A stretch of DNA of 64,000 nucleotides from the human T2T-CHM13v2.0 reference genome, Homo sapiens. The notes under the pieces were generated by a model. The model was not told the origin of the DNA. It made no database searches and was given only the letters and a program-made list of their open reading frames with translations. Below, piece after piece: positions 14,045 through 24,529 of the stretch (within the stretch, counting starts at the first letter, position 1; every line of letters starts with the position of its first letter). Position numbers and translations under genes: made by a program. The stretch is taken from the NCBI RefSeq assembly GCF_009914755.1, contig NC_060931.1; one strand, 5' to 3'.

Positions 14045-15764
14045 TCAGTCTTCAGTGGCTAGGCCAAGGAGCTATGGGAGTGCAAGTGATTCTTCACTTT
14101 TTGTCTTGTTGAAGGGATGGTGGCTCTGAGGAGCATGCTTGTCTGCCCATCTGTTGAGAGGACAGTCAGACTTCCAGTGCCCATCTGCTGGCAGACTAGG
14201 CAAGGGCTCTTCGGCACTCATGGGTGGGGACATGCCCCCGTCCAGTGGCCTTCTTTGCCGCACTTAAAACAAGGCCCAGGAGGTTTGCTGCTATCAGGTC
14301 TTTTGTGCCCTTGGGTACTATGGCTAGACTGACAGATAGCCACTGCTGGAAGCTGGTATTTAGCACGATCTCTTTGGGCTTTATCTAATTTATTTTGCTC
14401 GTCCCTGTTATTAAAGACTTTGAAAGCCAGGTTAAGGAGGTCTTGTTGTGGGGTTTGAGAGCCATCTTCAGCCTTTTTAAGTTTGTGCCGGATGTCAGGG
14501 GCAGATTGGGAAATAAAATGGGTATTAAGAACAATAGTTCCTACATATGTAACAAACCTGCACATTGTGCACATGTACCCTAAAACTTAAAGTATAATAA
14601 TAATTAAAAAATAAATAAAATTTTTTAAAGAAAGAACAATAGTTCCTTCTCAGGAGGCAGGGTCGATGCGGGTATATTTTTGGAGAGCTTCTGTAAGGCG
14701 GGAAAGAGATTGGGCAGGATTTTCATCTGCCTTTTGGGAAATGTCTTTAAGTTTTTCAAAATTTACAGCCTATGGGCAGCTTTGTTAAGGCCTGCAATGA
14801 GGCAAGTAATCATATGGCTACAGTACACTTGGCCAGGTTCTGTGGGTTGGTATTCCCAGGAAGGCTCTTCCCAGGGAACAGCAGCAGCTCCTACGGGCTT
14901 AGTAGGATCCTGCTGATGAAGGTCATCGGCATATGCCTGTGCTGCGAGCCACACTCTTTCCTTCTCTTCTGGAAGGAGGGTAGAAGAGAGGATAAAGTAG
15001 AGATCATGCCAAGTGAGTTCATAAGATTGAGTAAGATATTTAAATTCTTTGATGTAAGTATCAGGATCGGAGGAGAAGGACCCGAGACGTTCTTCAATCT
15101 GTAAGAGATCGTAGAAGGAGAAAGGGACGTGGACATGGACGATCCCCTCAACTCCCGCTACTTCCCGGAGAGGAAGCAAGGGAGCTGGTTGCTGAGCACA
15201 TTGGGCCCGAGAGCGGGTGAGGGGAGGAGGCAGAGAGGACTCAGAGTCAGAAGTGGGTTGGTTGGAGAGAGTGGGGGAGAGGGGTAGAGCCGGAGCAGGG
15301 ACATACGGTGGAGGATCATGATGCTCTGGTGGAGGATCATGATGCTGTCGAGGAGGGAGAAAATCCACGGGGTCAAAGGAAGAGGAGTCATCGGCTGGGT
15401 CTGTGGGTGGGGTGACGGGAGATGAGTCAGGTTTTGAGCTGGTGAGTAGGATTTGGAAAGTAGAGCAGGAGTGGCAGAGAGAAGGGTGGTTACGGAGAAT
15501 GAAGAAAGCCTGAATATAAGGAATCTCAGACCATTTCTCATTGCGATGGCAAAAGTTGTCTAAGTCTCTAAGTATATTGAAATCGAAAGTGCCATTTTCG
15601 GGCCATTGGGAGCCATTGTCCAATTGGTATTGAGGCCATGCAGTATTGCAGTAAAAGATAAGCCTCTTAGAACGGATCCCTGAACGGAGGCCGAGAGCCT
15701 TGCGATTGCGGAGGAGACACCCAAGGGGGGTGGTCTTGGGAGGGGTAGACTGAGAGGCTCCCAT
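14045..15764 (-). pseudogene. ERV gag (MA, late domain, CA, NC with two Cys-His boxes), disrupted
   Basis: MGASQS start at 15764; WPENGTFD MA motif; PPPY late domain; HVHVPFS CA start; CFKCGKEGHW and CLVCQQMGHWKSDC knuckles; ends ED-stop; frameshift near 14763 and an L1 insertion. Confidence 0.9.
14543..14631 (+). mobile_element. Extremely 5'-truncated L1PA 3' end inserted in ERV gag
   Basis: ACATATGTAACAAACCTGCACATTGTGCACATGTACCCTAAAACTTAAAGTATAATAA plus A-rich tail; perfect 16-bp TSD aagaacaatagttcct (14527-14542/14632-14647). Confidence 0.92.
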
Positions 15765-16173
15765 AGTGAATGGAGGAGGTGAGGGTAGAGGAAGAAGGGA
15801 CCACAGACGACAAAGACGAGAGAGGGCGGCGCCTGTCTTGCAGGCCTTGTATGGAATAGAGGAGGTAGCTGCGGAGTCAGGCGTCCAGGAAACAGAGGAA
15901 CCAGAGGCCTGGAGGCCAGAGGAAGCCCTTGGCCCAGCGCTGGGTCTTTTGGGAGTGAAGAGATGGTCAAGGGTTCCAGGTAATAGGCAAAAGTCTCTCT
16001 TACTCACCCCTCTCAGAGGCTTTGATGGTGGATGAGGTGGCCAACAATGGGAGAATTTTGGGAGATCCTTAGGGTCTTTAGCAGGTTCGGGAAGGGGAGG
16101 TTGGCTGGGTAAGGGATGATAGGAGAGAGAGAGAGAGAATCCTCTAAGGACGCCCAGCCAGAGCCTATCCCCT

Positions 16174-16191
16174 TCCTGGGTTTTGGCACCA
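16174..16191 (-). promoter_or_regulatory. Primer-binding site for tRNA-Phe
   Basis: Minus strand TGGTGCCAAAACCCAGGA vs tRNA-Phe complement TGGTGCCGAAACCCGGGA; 2 CpG-type changes; 3 nt from the LTR end. Confidence 0.9.
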
Positions 16192-16194
16192 AAA

Positions 16195-16595
16195 TGAAGG
16201 TTAGCCAAGAGAAAGGATGAGAGAGAGACCCAAGGTCAGGCGAGTAAGCTTATTATCCTGCTGAGCTGCTCCACCACAGTCAGAGGAGGCAGCGCTGAGC
16301 TTACAGAATGACGGGTTTATATGGGGCAGAGAGACCCTGGGGTTGTTTGTGAGTTAACTTTACCACATATCATCTTGTGACCAGGTTTCAATATAGGAAT
16401 TTACAAGAGGGCGTAACTTAGGTTTATCCACGTTTCTCGTGACCTCCCCCATGCTGCCCGTAGGGCTGTAAGCAAGTCTGGTGACCTTGCTGTAGGCCTA
16501 GATAAGGATCCAGGAATGCAGCTGCAGAGTATTTGGGGTAAGAGTCTGTTGCATTGGGGTGGGGGGAGGGGTCCTGGGGCAGATTGTTCCTAACA
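16195..16595 (-). repeat. 5' LTR (LTR46-like), 401 bp
   Basis: Direct repeat of 9529-9959 (about 10% divergent by eye over the first ~225 bp); followed on the minus strand by the PBS. Confidence 0.92.
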
Positions 16596-16953
16596 TTCCA
16601 GCCTTTTAATAGGTAATATAAGAGGGGCACTGTTGTCATCTGGCTGCTTCTTGCTGGATAGGGGCAATGGTTGAGGGGAGAGGAGCAGGCACTAGGAAAG
16701 ACAACTCTTAAGATGTTACGATTTGTACTTTAATATTCAGCCATAGCTTCACATTAGAATCATTTGGAAAAGTTTTTTAAAGTACTGGTAACTGTGACTT
16801 GACCCCTGAAGATTCTGATTTTAAAGTTTTGGAATTTGGTGTTTGGACTTCTTAAGACTCCTTCCCTCCAGGATACCATAACATAAGGTACACTGAATGT
16901 TGTAAATCACTTCAAGAAAATGTCTAAAGATGCTGGACAATTCAGGGTCGTAT

Positions 16954-17671
16954 TGTTACCAGTAGAAGGTATCCAAATTACCAGTGGCAAATCCATATGG
17001 GTCTGCAGCAACCTCAATTCTTACCTCCTCAGAAGAAAGAATTCGACTGACGGGCATAAGGCAGACAAAGAGACCAAGACAAGTTTCAGAGCAGGAGTGG
17101 AAGTTTATTTTTAAAGAGCTTAGAACAGGAAGGAAAAGAAAGGAACGTATGCTTGGAAGAGACCCAAGCAGGTACCAAGGTCAAGCGCGGTGTTTACTTT
17201 GATCCTAGGATTTTATAGATTCCTTTCCCATGATTCTTCCCTTAGGGTGGGCTGCCTTCATGTGCAGTGCCCTCCTTACCCTTGGGAGGTGAGAATATGC
17301 AGTGTGTCTAGGAAGTCGTACACATGCCAACCTGAGTCTTTCTTCCTTTTTCCAGTGGCGTGTCCCCAGAAGGTCATACTCCACCATGTTGTCTCATCTT
17401 GCACATCCCCAAGAAGTTGCTTCTCCCTGACGTCTGCGTTTAATTAAGTGCAATAGGTGTGGACCATCAGGAAATGGCCTCCCTGACGTCTGCATTCACT
17501 TTAGTGCAACAGGTGTGAACCTTCAGGAAATGGCCTCTTTCTGGTGCCAGCTGCCAATTTATCACTTTTAGAGAGGCAATGTGATCATTGCTGAACCATC
17601 AACTGACATTCCTAGTGGTTGGGGGAGGGCCCTCTCCTGCCCCACTCATGCCTGCGTAACTACCTGTAACA
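16954..17671 (-). mobile_element. Solo ERV1 LTR, MER50-like
   Basis: TGTTAC...GTAACA termini; minus strand begins TGTTACAGGTAGTTACGCAGGCATGAGTGGGGCAGGAGAGGGCC, like the recalled MER50 consensus; AATAAA on the minus strand near 17104-17109. Confidence 0.75.
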
Positions 17672-19695
17672 ATACGCATGAAGAAGCAGTAACTCTTGAT
17701 GTTGATTGAGCAGTTGAGTCACCAACTTAGGTGGCTGGCAGAAATGCTTTTTGTTAAAGTATGACTGTAAGCTTTTTTTTTTTGGTTTGGCAAACACTTT
17801 GAGTAGTAAGAGAATATAATTTCACCTGTGCTCACTGGTGCTATGCAAAGATCCCTCCCAAAACTGTTCATCTGGTCCTGATGAGTGGCATCACTACCAG
17901 CAACCAAGCTAGAATTGTCCAAGTCATTTTCCTTTTCCCTGTCCCTCTACTGCACATCCAAATGGCATTATTGACCAATCCTATAGGCTTAGACCTTCTA
18001 AATATTTATTTCTCTTCTCTCTATCACCACTGATCTGCCCTAATTCAAATGTAGTTGCTTCCTTTCTGGTCACCAAGCCTTCAGTGGCCCTGCACACCAC
18101 TCCATTCATCTTGTGTCCTTCATTCAGAGGTAGTTTGAAAAACACACACAATATCTTTCAATACATACGTAACTGAAGGATATTGAGTTGAGCTGGCTTT
18201 GAGGAGACAACAAAATAGATATAAAGAAACATTTGTTTATTCAAAAACGAGATGTCATATTTTAAACTTTTAAAATAAAAAAGGTTCGTGGAGTTATCTC
18301 ACAAATCATTGTTTTTAAACTATACTTAGAGAACCTCTAGGCTAAAGATACATCTTAATGAATTTCTATATTTGGGTAACTAGATCTAAGGGAAAGCTAA
18401 ACACAGGAAAGACAAAGCCAATAGATGCCAGGAAGAGGAAGAAGTCTGGCCTCACGTTCTCCTTTAATCAGATTTTAGATGTATTTAGAATAATAACTTA
18501 GAAAAGGACCAAAGAGCAGCAAGCCTATGCTGAATTCCTTGCACATGTTGAGTCAACATCGCATAGGCTGTTTTGGGTGCTCCTTTAAACACAGCCTCTG
18601 AAATCTTGCTTTTCCTCAAGGGCACCATTGAGCATTGTTTTACTTTTGCCCTTATTTTCTGTCCTCAAATGATGTCTGGCTGCACTTATTAACTCAACAC
18701 ATAGTTTAAAGAAATTTTAGAAACCTCTGATTTTCAAGACCAATAATAGGACTCCCCTCCCCAAATGTGGTTGTTTCTATAAATATAACTTGCTTGCTCT
18801 TATTTCTTGTAACTAGTGGACCAGACTAACTGCCAGTAACAGATTGTATTTATAGTCTCATTTCTTCCTTTTCCAATTGTGCAGAATAATTTTGTTTTTC
18901 TTTAATAGTTTGTATATTAAGAGTTAATTATAGTTTCACAAACTTCTGCTAGAGGATGTTCATATACAATATGTACATCAGCTTTCTGCCAGAATTTAAG
19001 TGGATTTCATTCCAAATTATTTATAAATGGATAATTTCATATTTACAGGGCTTTTTTAAACATTGCTTCCCTAGAGAAATATGATATTTAGTGTTGAGTT
19101 GTTAAATGCCTTAAGATCTTAGATGGTGAAATAGTTGCCCCTGAAACTGTTTGCTTTACAATTTTCAGTGTCTAGCATACTTAAATCAAGTCAATGAATG
19201 GTTTTTAAACTAAATTCTGTTAAAGCATTATACATAAAATAACTTAGATTATAGTGAAAACTTTCTGTTGTAGTAATAGGTATTTACCTATCACATTTAT
19301 TCAGACTTTTTTTAACTTTATGAAGGAATTTATTTTTTAAGCCTACTCCCTGGTGGAAACAGAGTAAGGTGAATTAAGAACAGAGTTTTTTTCAAGCATG
19401 GTGCCAAATGAATACAAAGTTTCCTTGTGCCAGAGTGGTGAAGTAGTCATAACTAACTACCTCTGAATAGAGTAAGTGTTGGGCCGCACAGTTTATTAAT
19501 AAAACTACACACACTTACTTCAGCACAGTAGAGCTCTGTTAAAATGAGATGTCCTAAACACACTATCCACACATGGTGGAATATACATTTTCAAATTTGA
19601 TGAAATACTAAAATTGTGTTTTTAAAGCAAGTTTTAATGTACTGCTGCCACCACTGAATGAACATTTAATTAGATTGAATAAAAACAGTGTTATC

Positions 19696-20023
19696 GGCCT
19701 GGCACAGTGGCTCATGCCTGTAACCCCAGCACTTTGGGAGGCCAAGGCAGGCAGATCGCTTGAACCCAGGACATCGAGACCAGCTTGGGCAACATGGTAA
19801 AACCCCATGTCTACAAAAAACAAAAAACAAAAAAACAAAAAAAGTTCGCTAGGCGTGGTGGCACATAGCTGTAGTCCTACCTACTCAGAAGGCTGAGGCA
19901 GGAGGATTTCTTGAACCTGGAGGCAGAAGCTGCAGCGAGCCAAGACTGCATCACTGCACTCCAGCCTAGGTGACAAAGCCAGACTCTGTCTCAAAAAAAA
20001 AGAGAGAGAGAAAGAAAAAAAAA
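19696..20023 (+). mobile_element. Alu (older, AluJ/S)
   Basis: Dimeric Alu with expanded A-linker; TSD aaaacagtgtt. Confidence 0.88.
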
Positions 20024-20441
20024 CAGTGTTTTAATTAATAATGACTTGTCAAGCATTCTGACTTTTAGCCATTTACAATTAAAGTTATTATTTTATTAAA
20101 TTTTTTATATCAACCATTGAAAAGTAAGTCTACTAAATAGGAAAATATATCACTCGTATGTAAATAGTGGCATAAAATAAGGTGAAAATAAAAAAGAGAA
20201 CACAGGTCATTCATTTTCATGCTGAGTAAGAAGTTTTCTGTAACCACTTTGCTTAGTAATTTAGTCACCTTTGAGGTAAAAAGAAAACTTGACTTTTAAA
20301 TTCTGATCTACTTTTGATCTTTCACTTTAATGTAAAATATAATTATTAGAAGTCTGTATTCTCAGACTTGCAGAGAAAATAATCACTTGCAAAATATCAT
20401 GGAATAAGATAGGAAGAGGAATTTTAGCAAAACACTGCTTT

Positions 20442-20451
20442 GTATTTCATG

Positions 20452-20487
<36 letters not shown>

Positions 20488-21610
20488 CACATTTTCTTTA
20501 TCCACTCATGGATGGGCATTTGGGCTGGTCCCATATTCTTGCAATTGTAGATTGTGCTGCTATACACGTGTGTGCAAGTATCTTTTTTATATAATGACTT
20601 CGTTTCTTCTGGGTAGATACCTATTAGTGGGTTTGCTGGATCAAACAGTAGATCTACTTTTAGTTCATTAAGGAATCTCCACACTGTTTTCCATAGTGGT
20701 CGTTAGTAGTTTACATTCCCAGCAACAGTATAAAAGTGTTCCCTTTCACCACACCCACACCAACATCTGTTTTTTTTTTATTTTTTCATCATGGCCATTC
20801 TTGCAGGAGTGAGGTGGTATCGCATTGTGATTTTGATTTGCATTTCTCTGATGATTAGTGAAGTTGAGCATCTTTTCATGTTTGTTGGCCATTTATGTAT
20901 CTTCTTCTCAGAACTGTCTGTTCATGTCCTTAGCCCACTTTTTGATGGGATTGTTTCTTGCTGATGTGTTTTTGAGTTCTTTGTAGATTCTTGATATTAG
21001 TCCTTTGTCAAATGCATAGTTTGCTAATATTTTCTCCCATTCTGTGGGTTGTCTGTTAACTCTTGATTCTTTCTTTTGCTGTGAAGAAGCTTTTTAGTTT
21101 AGTTAAGTCCTATCTATTTACCTTTGTTTTTGTTGCATTTGCTTTTGGGTTCTTGGTCATGAAGTCTTTGCTTAAGCCAATGTCTAGAAAGGTTTTTCCA
21201 ATGTTATCTTCTAGAATCTTTATGGTTTCAGGTCTTAGATTTAGGTCTACTCAGCCATAAAGAGGAACGAAATAATGGCATTCGCATGCACCTTGGATAG
21301 AATTGGAGACTATTATTCTAAGTGAAGTAACTCAGGAATAGAAAACCAAACATCATATGTTCTCACTTATATGTGGGAGCTAAGATATAAGAATGCAAAG
21401 GCATAAGAATAATACATTGACATTGGGGACTCAGGGGAAAGGGTGAGGGATGGTGAGGAATAAAAGACTGCACATTGGGTACAGTGTAAACTGCTCGGGT
21501 GATGGGAGCACCAAAATCTCAGAAATCACCACTAAAGAACTTATTCATCTAAATAAATGCCACCTGTTCCCCAGAAATCTATTAAAATTAAAAATTTAAA
21601 ACAAAAACAA
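20442..21610. mobile_element. L1PB-like element with 5' inversion (20442-21247 antisense; 21248-~21610 sense 3' end)
   Basis: Antisense ORF2 C-terminus (WRFLNELKVDLLFDPANPLIGIYP) joins a sense 3' UTR; reverse complement of 20442 end (CCATGAAATAC) continues directly into TACTCAGCCATAAA at 21248. Confidence 0.82.
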
Positions 21611-23071
21611 AGATACGTGTAGGAAAAAATATTCTGATTTATAGGGTCAATGTTTTTCTGTCATGAGTCAAGTATAAGTAAAATGTTTTCAAAACAAAAA
21701 CATTAGTTTGGGCTCAGCAGAAAAGTCTACTGAGTTGCACTGGATAATTAGATGTTACAGATTCCCTGTTGTGCACAAGTGTGGTGTGCTCAGAGTACAT
21801 CACACTTGGCACACACTGGTTGAATGCTAGAATCACCTGAGGAGCTTTTAATAAACACAGCTGCCCAGAACACACCTGAGATTTCCTAAGGATAGGGCTC
21901 ACATCTCTGTATTTTTAAAAATTACCTTGCTACTCTATTATCTGATTTTAGAGCTCAGTGGCTAAGAGTTGACTTATCACTGGGAGCCCTTTATTTTTAC
22001 TCTTTGTAACTGCTAACTTTGTCATGGTATTCAAATGACCTCCACATGTATGCCTCATATTCCAATGCCCAGATGTAGAAAAGAGGTTAAAAAGAAGCAA
22101 TAGAAGTGCACTATTCTTTTAGAAATAGGAAAGAAACACCCTTTGACCATACTAAATAACTGCATTCGATTCTTGAGAGAAGGAGATTGCTAGACGTAGT
22201 CCTTTTGATTTTATTTCTTATAAAGTTTTGCATTCCTAAAATGTGTATTTTATTCTTAAAGAGGACCGTGGATTAGGTCATCAGGAATGTTAAGCGGGGG
22301 TCAGAGAGACTATTGCAAGCCTACTTTGTTCAGAATGGTGCTTCCAGTACCTACAGGAGAGGCTGCCCCATTTTAGTCACTCAGTAAACCATTTTTTGAG
22401 TGAAGAAATGACTCTGGGCTGGAAATTTAATCAGAGAAGAATCCATTTCTCTGGATGTTTTATTTTGCTATTTCTAATTTATTTACTCTTTTGAAAAATT
22501 GCAAACACACTATCAAATACCCAGAAAGTGGCAGCCTAGGTCCATTTCCCTCACACTTAACCACAACTCTACATGGTTGACTAGATGAAACGTGTGTGGG
22601 AGTGTTGTGAAAACCAAGCACAGTGCAAATGTATTATTAGCCAATTTTTCTACCAGTCCACCTCTCCTTGCTAGTTTTTTCTTAATTATCTCTGTATCCC
22701 CAGCATAATAAGCAGTGAGTAATGTATGTGACATAAAAACAAACAAAAAAAAATCACTGACTTAGATACAGTAAACATTGAAGGCTTTCTTTCTGCATAT
22801 GCATGCCCTCTGAATCTCTTAAAACTGTTTATCATTTTTTTGTGCAAACACAGAGCCAGAGCTTGTGTTTTTGTTTCTACTTAAATGTAATTATATTATT
22901 CTATGTCTTTATTGTATACTTGATGATATACCTTCACTAATTTTCTACATCAGTATTTAAACATTTTTCTTAATTTTTAACTACTGAAGAGGAGTGGACA
23001 GGACTCATGCAATGACATTTATGTAGCCATCCTCTTATTGATGGGCATTTGTTTTGTTTCTTATTGGGGGA

Positions 23072-23134
23072 AGTCGGTAGAACATGAGATTCTTAATCTC
23101 AGGGTCCTGGGTTTAAGCCCCAGGTTGGGAGCCA
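23072..23134 (+). pseudogene. 5'-truncated copy of tRNA-Lys(CTT) with encoded CCA, joined to the MER11 U5 end
   Basis: AGTCGGTAGAACATGAGATTCTTAATCTCAGGGTCCTGGGTTTAAGCCCCAGGTTGGGAGCCA matches recalled tRNA-Lys-CTT nt 14-76 at 56/63; first 13 nt absent, so not a functional gene. Confidence 0.9.
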
Positions 23135-23136
23135 GA

Positions 23137-24149
23137 TATCGGCGGAACCCGCTCCCAATGTTTCAACATAGGTTCTTTCTATTTTCCATAAGCATCAGCT
23201 GGCTGAGAAATAAAGAGAAAGAGTACAAAGAGAGGAATTTTACAACTGGGCCTCCAGGGGTGACATCACATATTGGTAGGACCATGATGCCCACCTGAGC
23301 CTTAAAGCCAGCAAGTTTTATTAAGGATTTCAAAAGGGGAGGGGGTGCAAGAACAGGGAGTAGGTCACAAAGATCACATGCTTCAAAGGGCAAAAAGGAG
23401 AACAAAGATCACATGCGTCTGAGGAAACAGGACAAAAGGCAAAACAGAACTACTGATAAGGGTCTATGTTCAGCTGTGCACGTATTATCTTGATAAACAT
23501 CTTAAACAACAGAAAACAGGGTTCGAGAGCAGAGAACTGGTCTGACCAAAAATTTACCAGGCTGGAATTGCCCAATCCTAGTAAGCCTGAGGGTACTCCA
23601 GGAGACCAGGGCATATTTCAGTCCTTATTTCAACCGCATAAGACAGACACTCCCAGAGCGGCCGTTTATAGATCTCCCCCAAGGAATGCAATTCCTTTCC
23701 TAGGGTCTTAATATTAATATTCCTTGCTAGGAAAAGAATTTAGCGATATCTCTCCTACTTGCACGTCCATTTATAGACTCTCTGCAGGAAGAAAAATATG
23801 GTTCTTTTTGCCCGACCCTGCAGGCAGTCAGACCTTATGGTTGTCTTCCCTTGTTCCCTAAAAATCAGTGTTATTCTGTTCTTTTTCAAGGTGCACTGAT
23901 TTCATATTGTTCAAACACATGTGTTTTACAATCAATTTGTACAGTTAACACAATTATAGTGGTCCTGAGGTGACGTACATCTTCAGCTTACGAAGGTAAT
24001 AGGATTAAGAGATTAAAGTAAGGCAGGCATAAGAAATTATAAGAGCATTATTTGGGAAGTGATAAATGTCCATGAAATCTTCACATTTATGTTCCTCTGC
24101 TGTGGCTCCAGCCAGTCCCTCCGTTTGGGGTCCCTGACTTCCCGCAACA
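23137..24149 (-). mobile_element. MER11 (HERV-K11/HML-8) LTR, ~1013 bp
   Basis: Minus strand begins TGTTGCGGGAAGTCAGGGACCCCAAACGGAGGGACTGGCTGGAGCC and ends GGTTCCGCCGATA, as in the recalled MER11 consensus. Confidence 0.88.
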
Positions 24150-24238
24150 GTTTCTTTTGTTTTTATATCCCATGTTCGAATATTTCTGTAGTATAGATTC
24201 CTATAAATGGAATTTCTTGTTATTAAAAGCACATTTAA

Positions 24239-24529
24239 TTTTTTTTTTTGAGACAGTGTCTCGCTCTGTCCCCCAGGCTGTAGTGCAATGGCATGATCTC
24301 CGCTCACTGCAAGCTTTGCCTCCCGGGTTCACGCCATTCTCCTGCCTCAGCCTTCTGAGTAGCTGGGACTACAGGTGCCCGCCACTACACCCGGCTAATT
24401 TTTTATATTTTTAGTAGAGACGGGGTTTCACTGTGTTAGCCAGGATATTCTCAATCTCCTGACCCACGATCCGCAAGCCTCGGCCTCTCAAAGTGCTGGA
24501 ATTACAGGCATGAGCCACCATGCCTGACC
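24239..24529 (-). mobile_element. AluY-like
   Basis: Poly-T plus Alu with GCAAGCT...GGGTTCACGCCATTCTCC. Confidence 0.9.

Larger units (their letters stand above)
9529..16687 (-). mobile_element. Defective env-deleted endogenous retrovirus of the HERV-F group (most like HERV-Fc2/LTR46), antisense in a SCIN intron
   Basis: Two LTRs, tRNA-Phe PBS, PPT, and gag-pro-pol-env(TM) motifs in order on the minus strand; probable TSD ggcgc (9524-9528)/ggcac (16688-16692). Confidence 0.92.

Noticed and set aside
9529-16687. Replication-competent or syncytin-like ERV
   Set aside because: pol has multiple frameshifts and stops; env lacks SU, signal and fusion peptides and is Alu-interrupted.
23072-23134. 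Functional tRNA-Lys gene
   Set aside because: It lacks the 5' acceptor stem and part of the A-box, has a mutated T-loop/B-box, and encodes CCA, so it is a reverse-transcribed copy.
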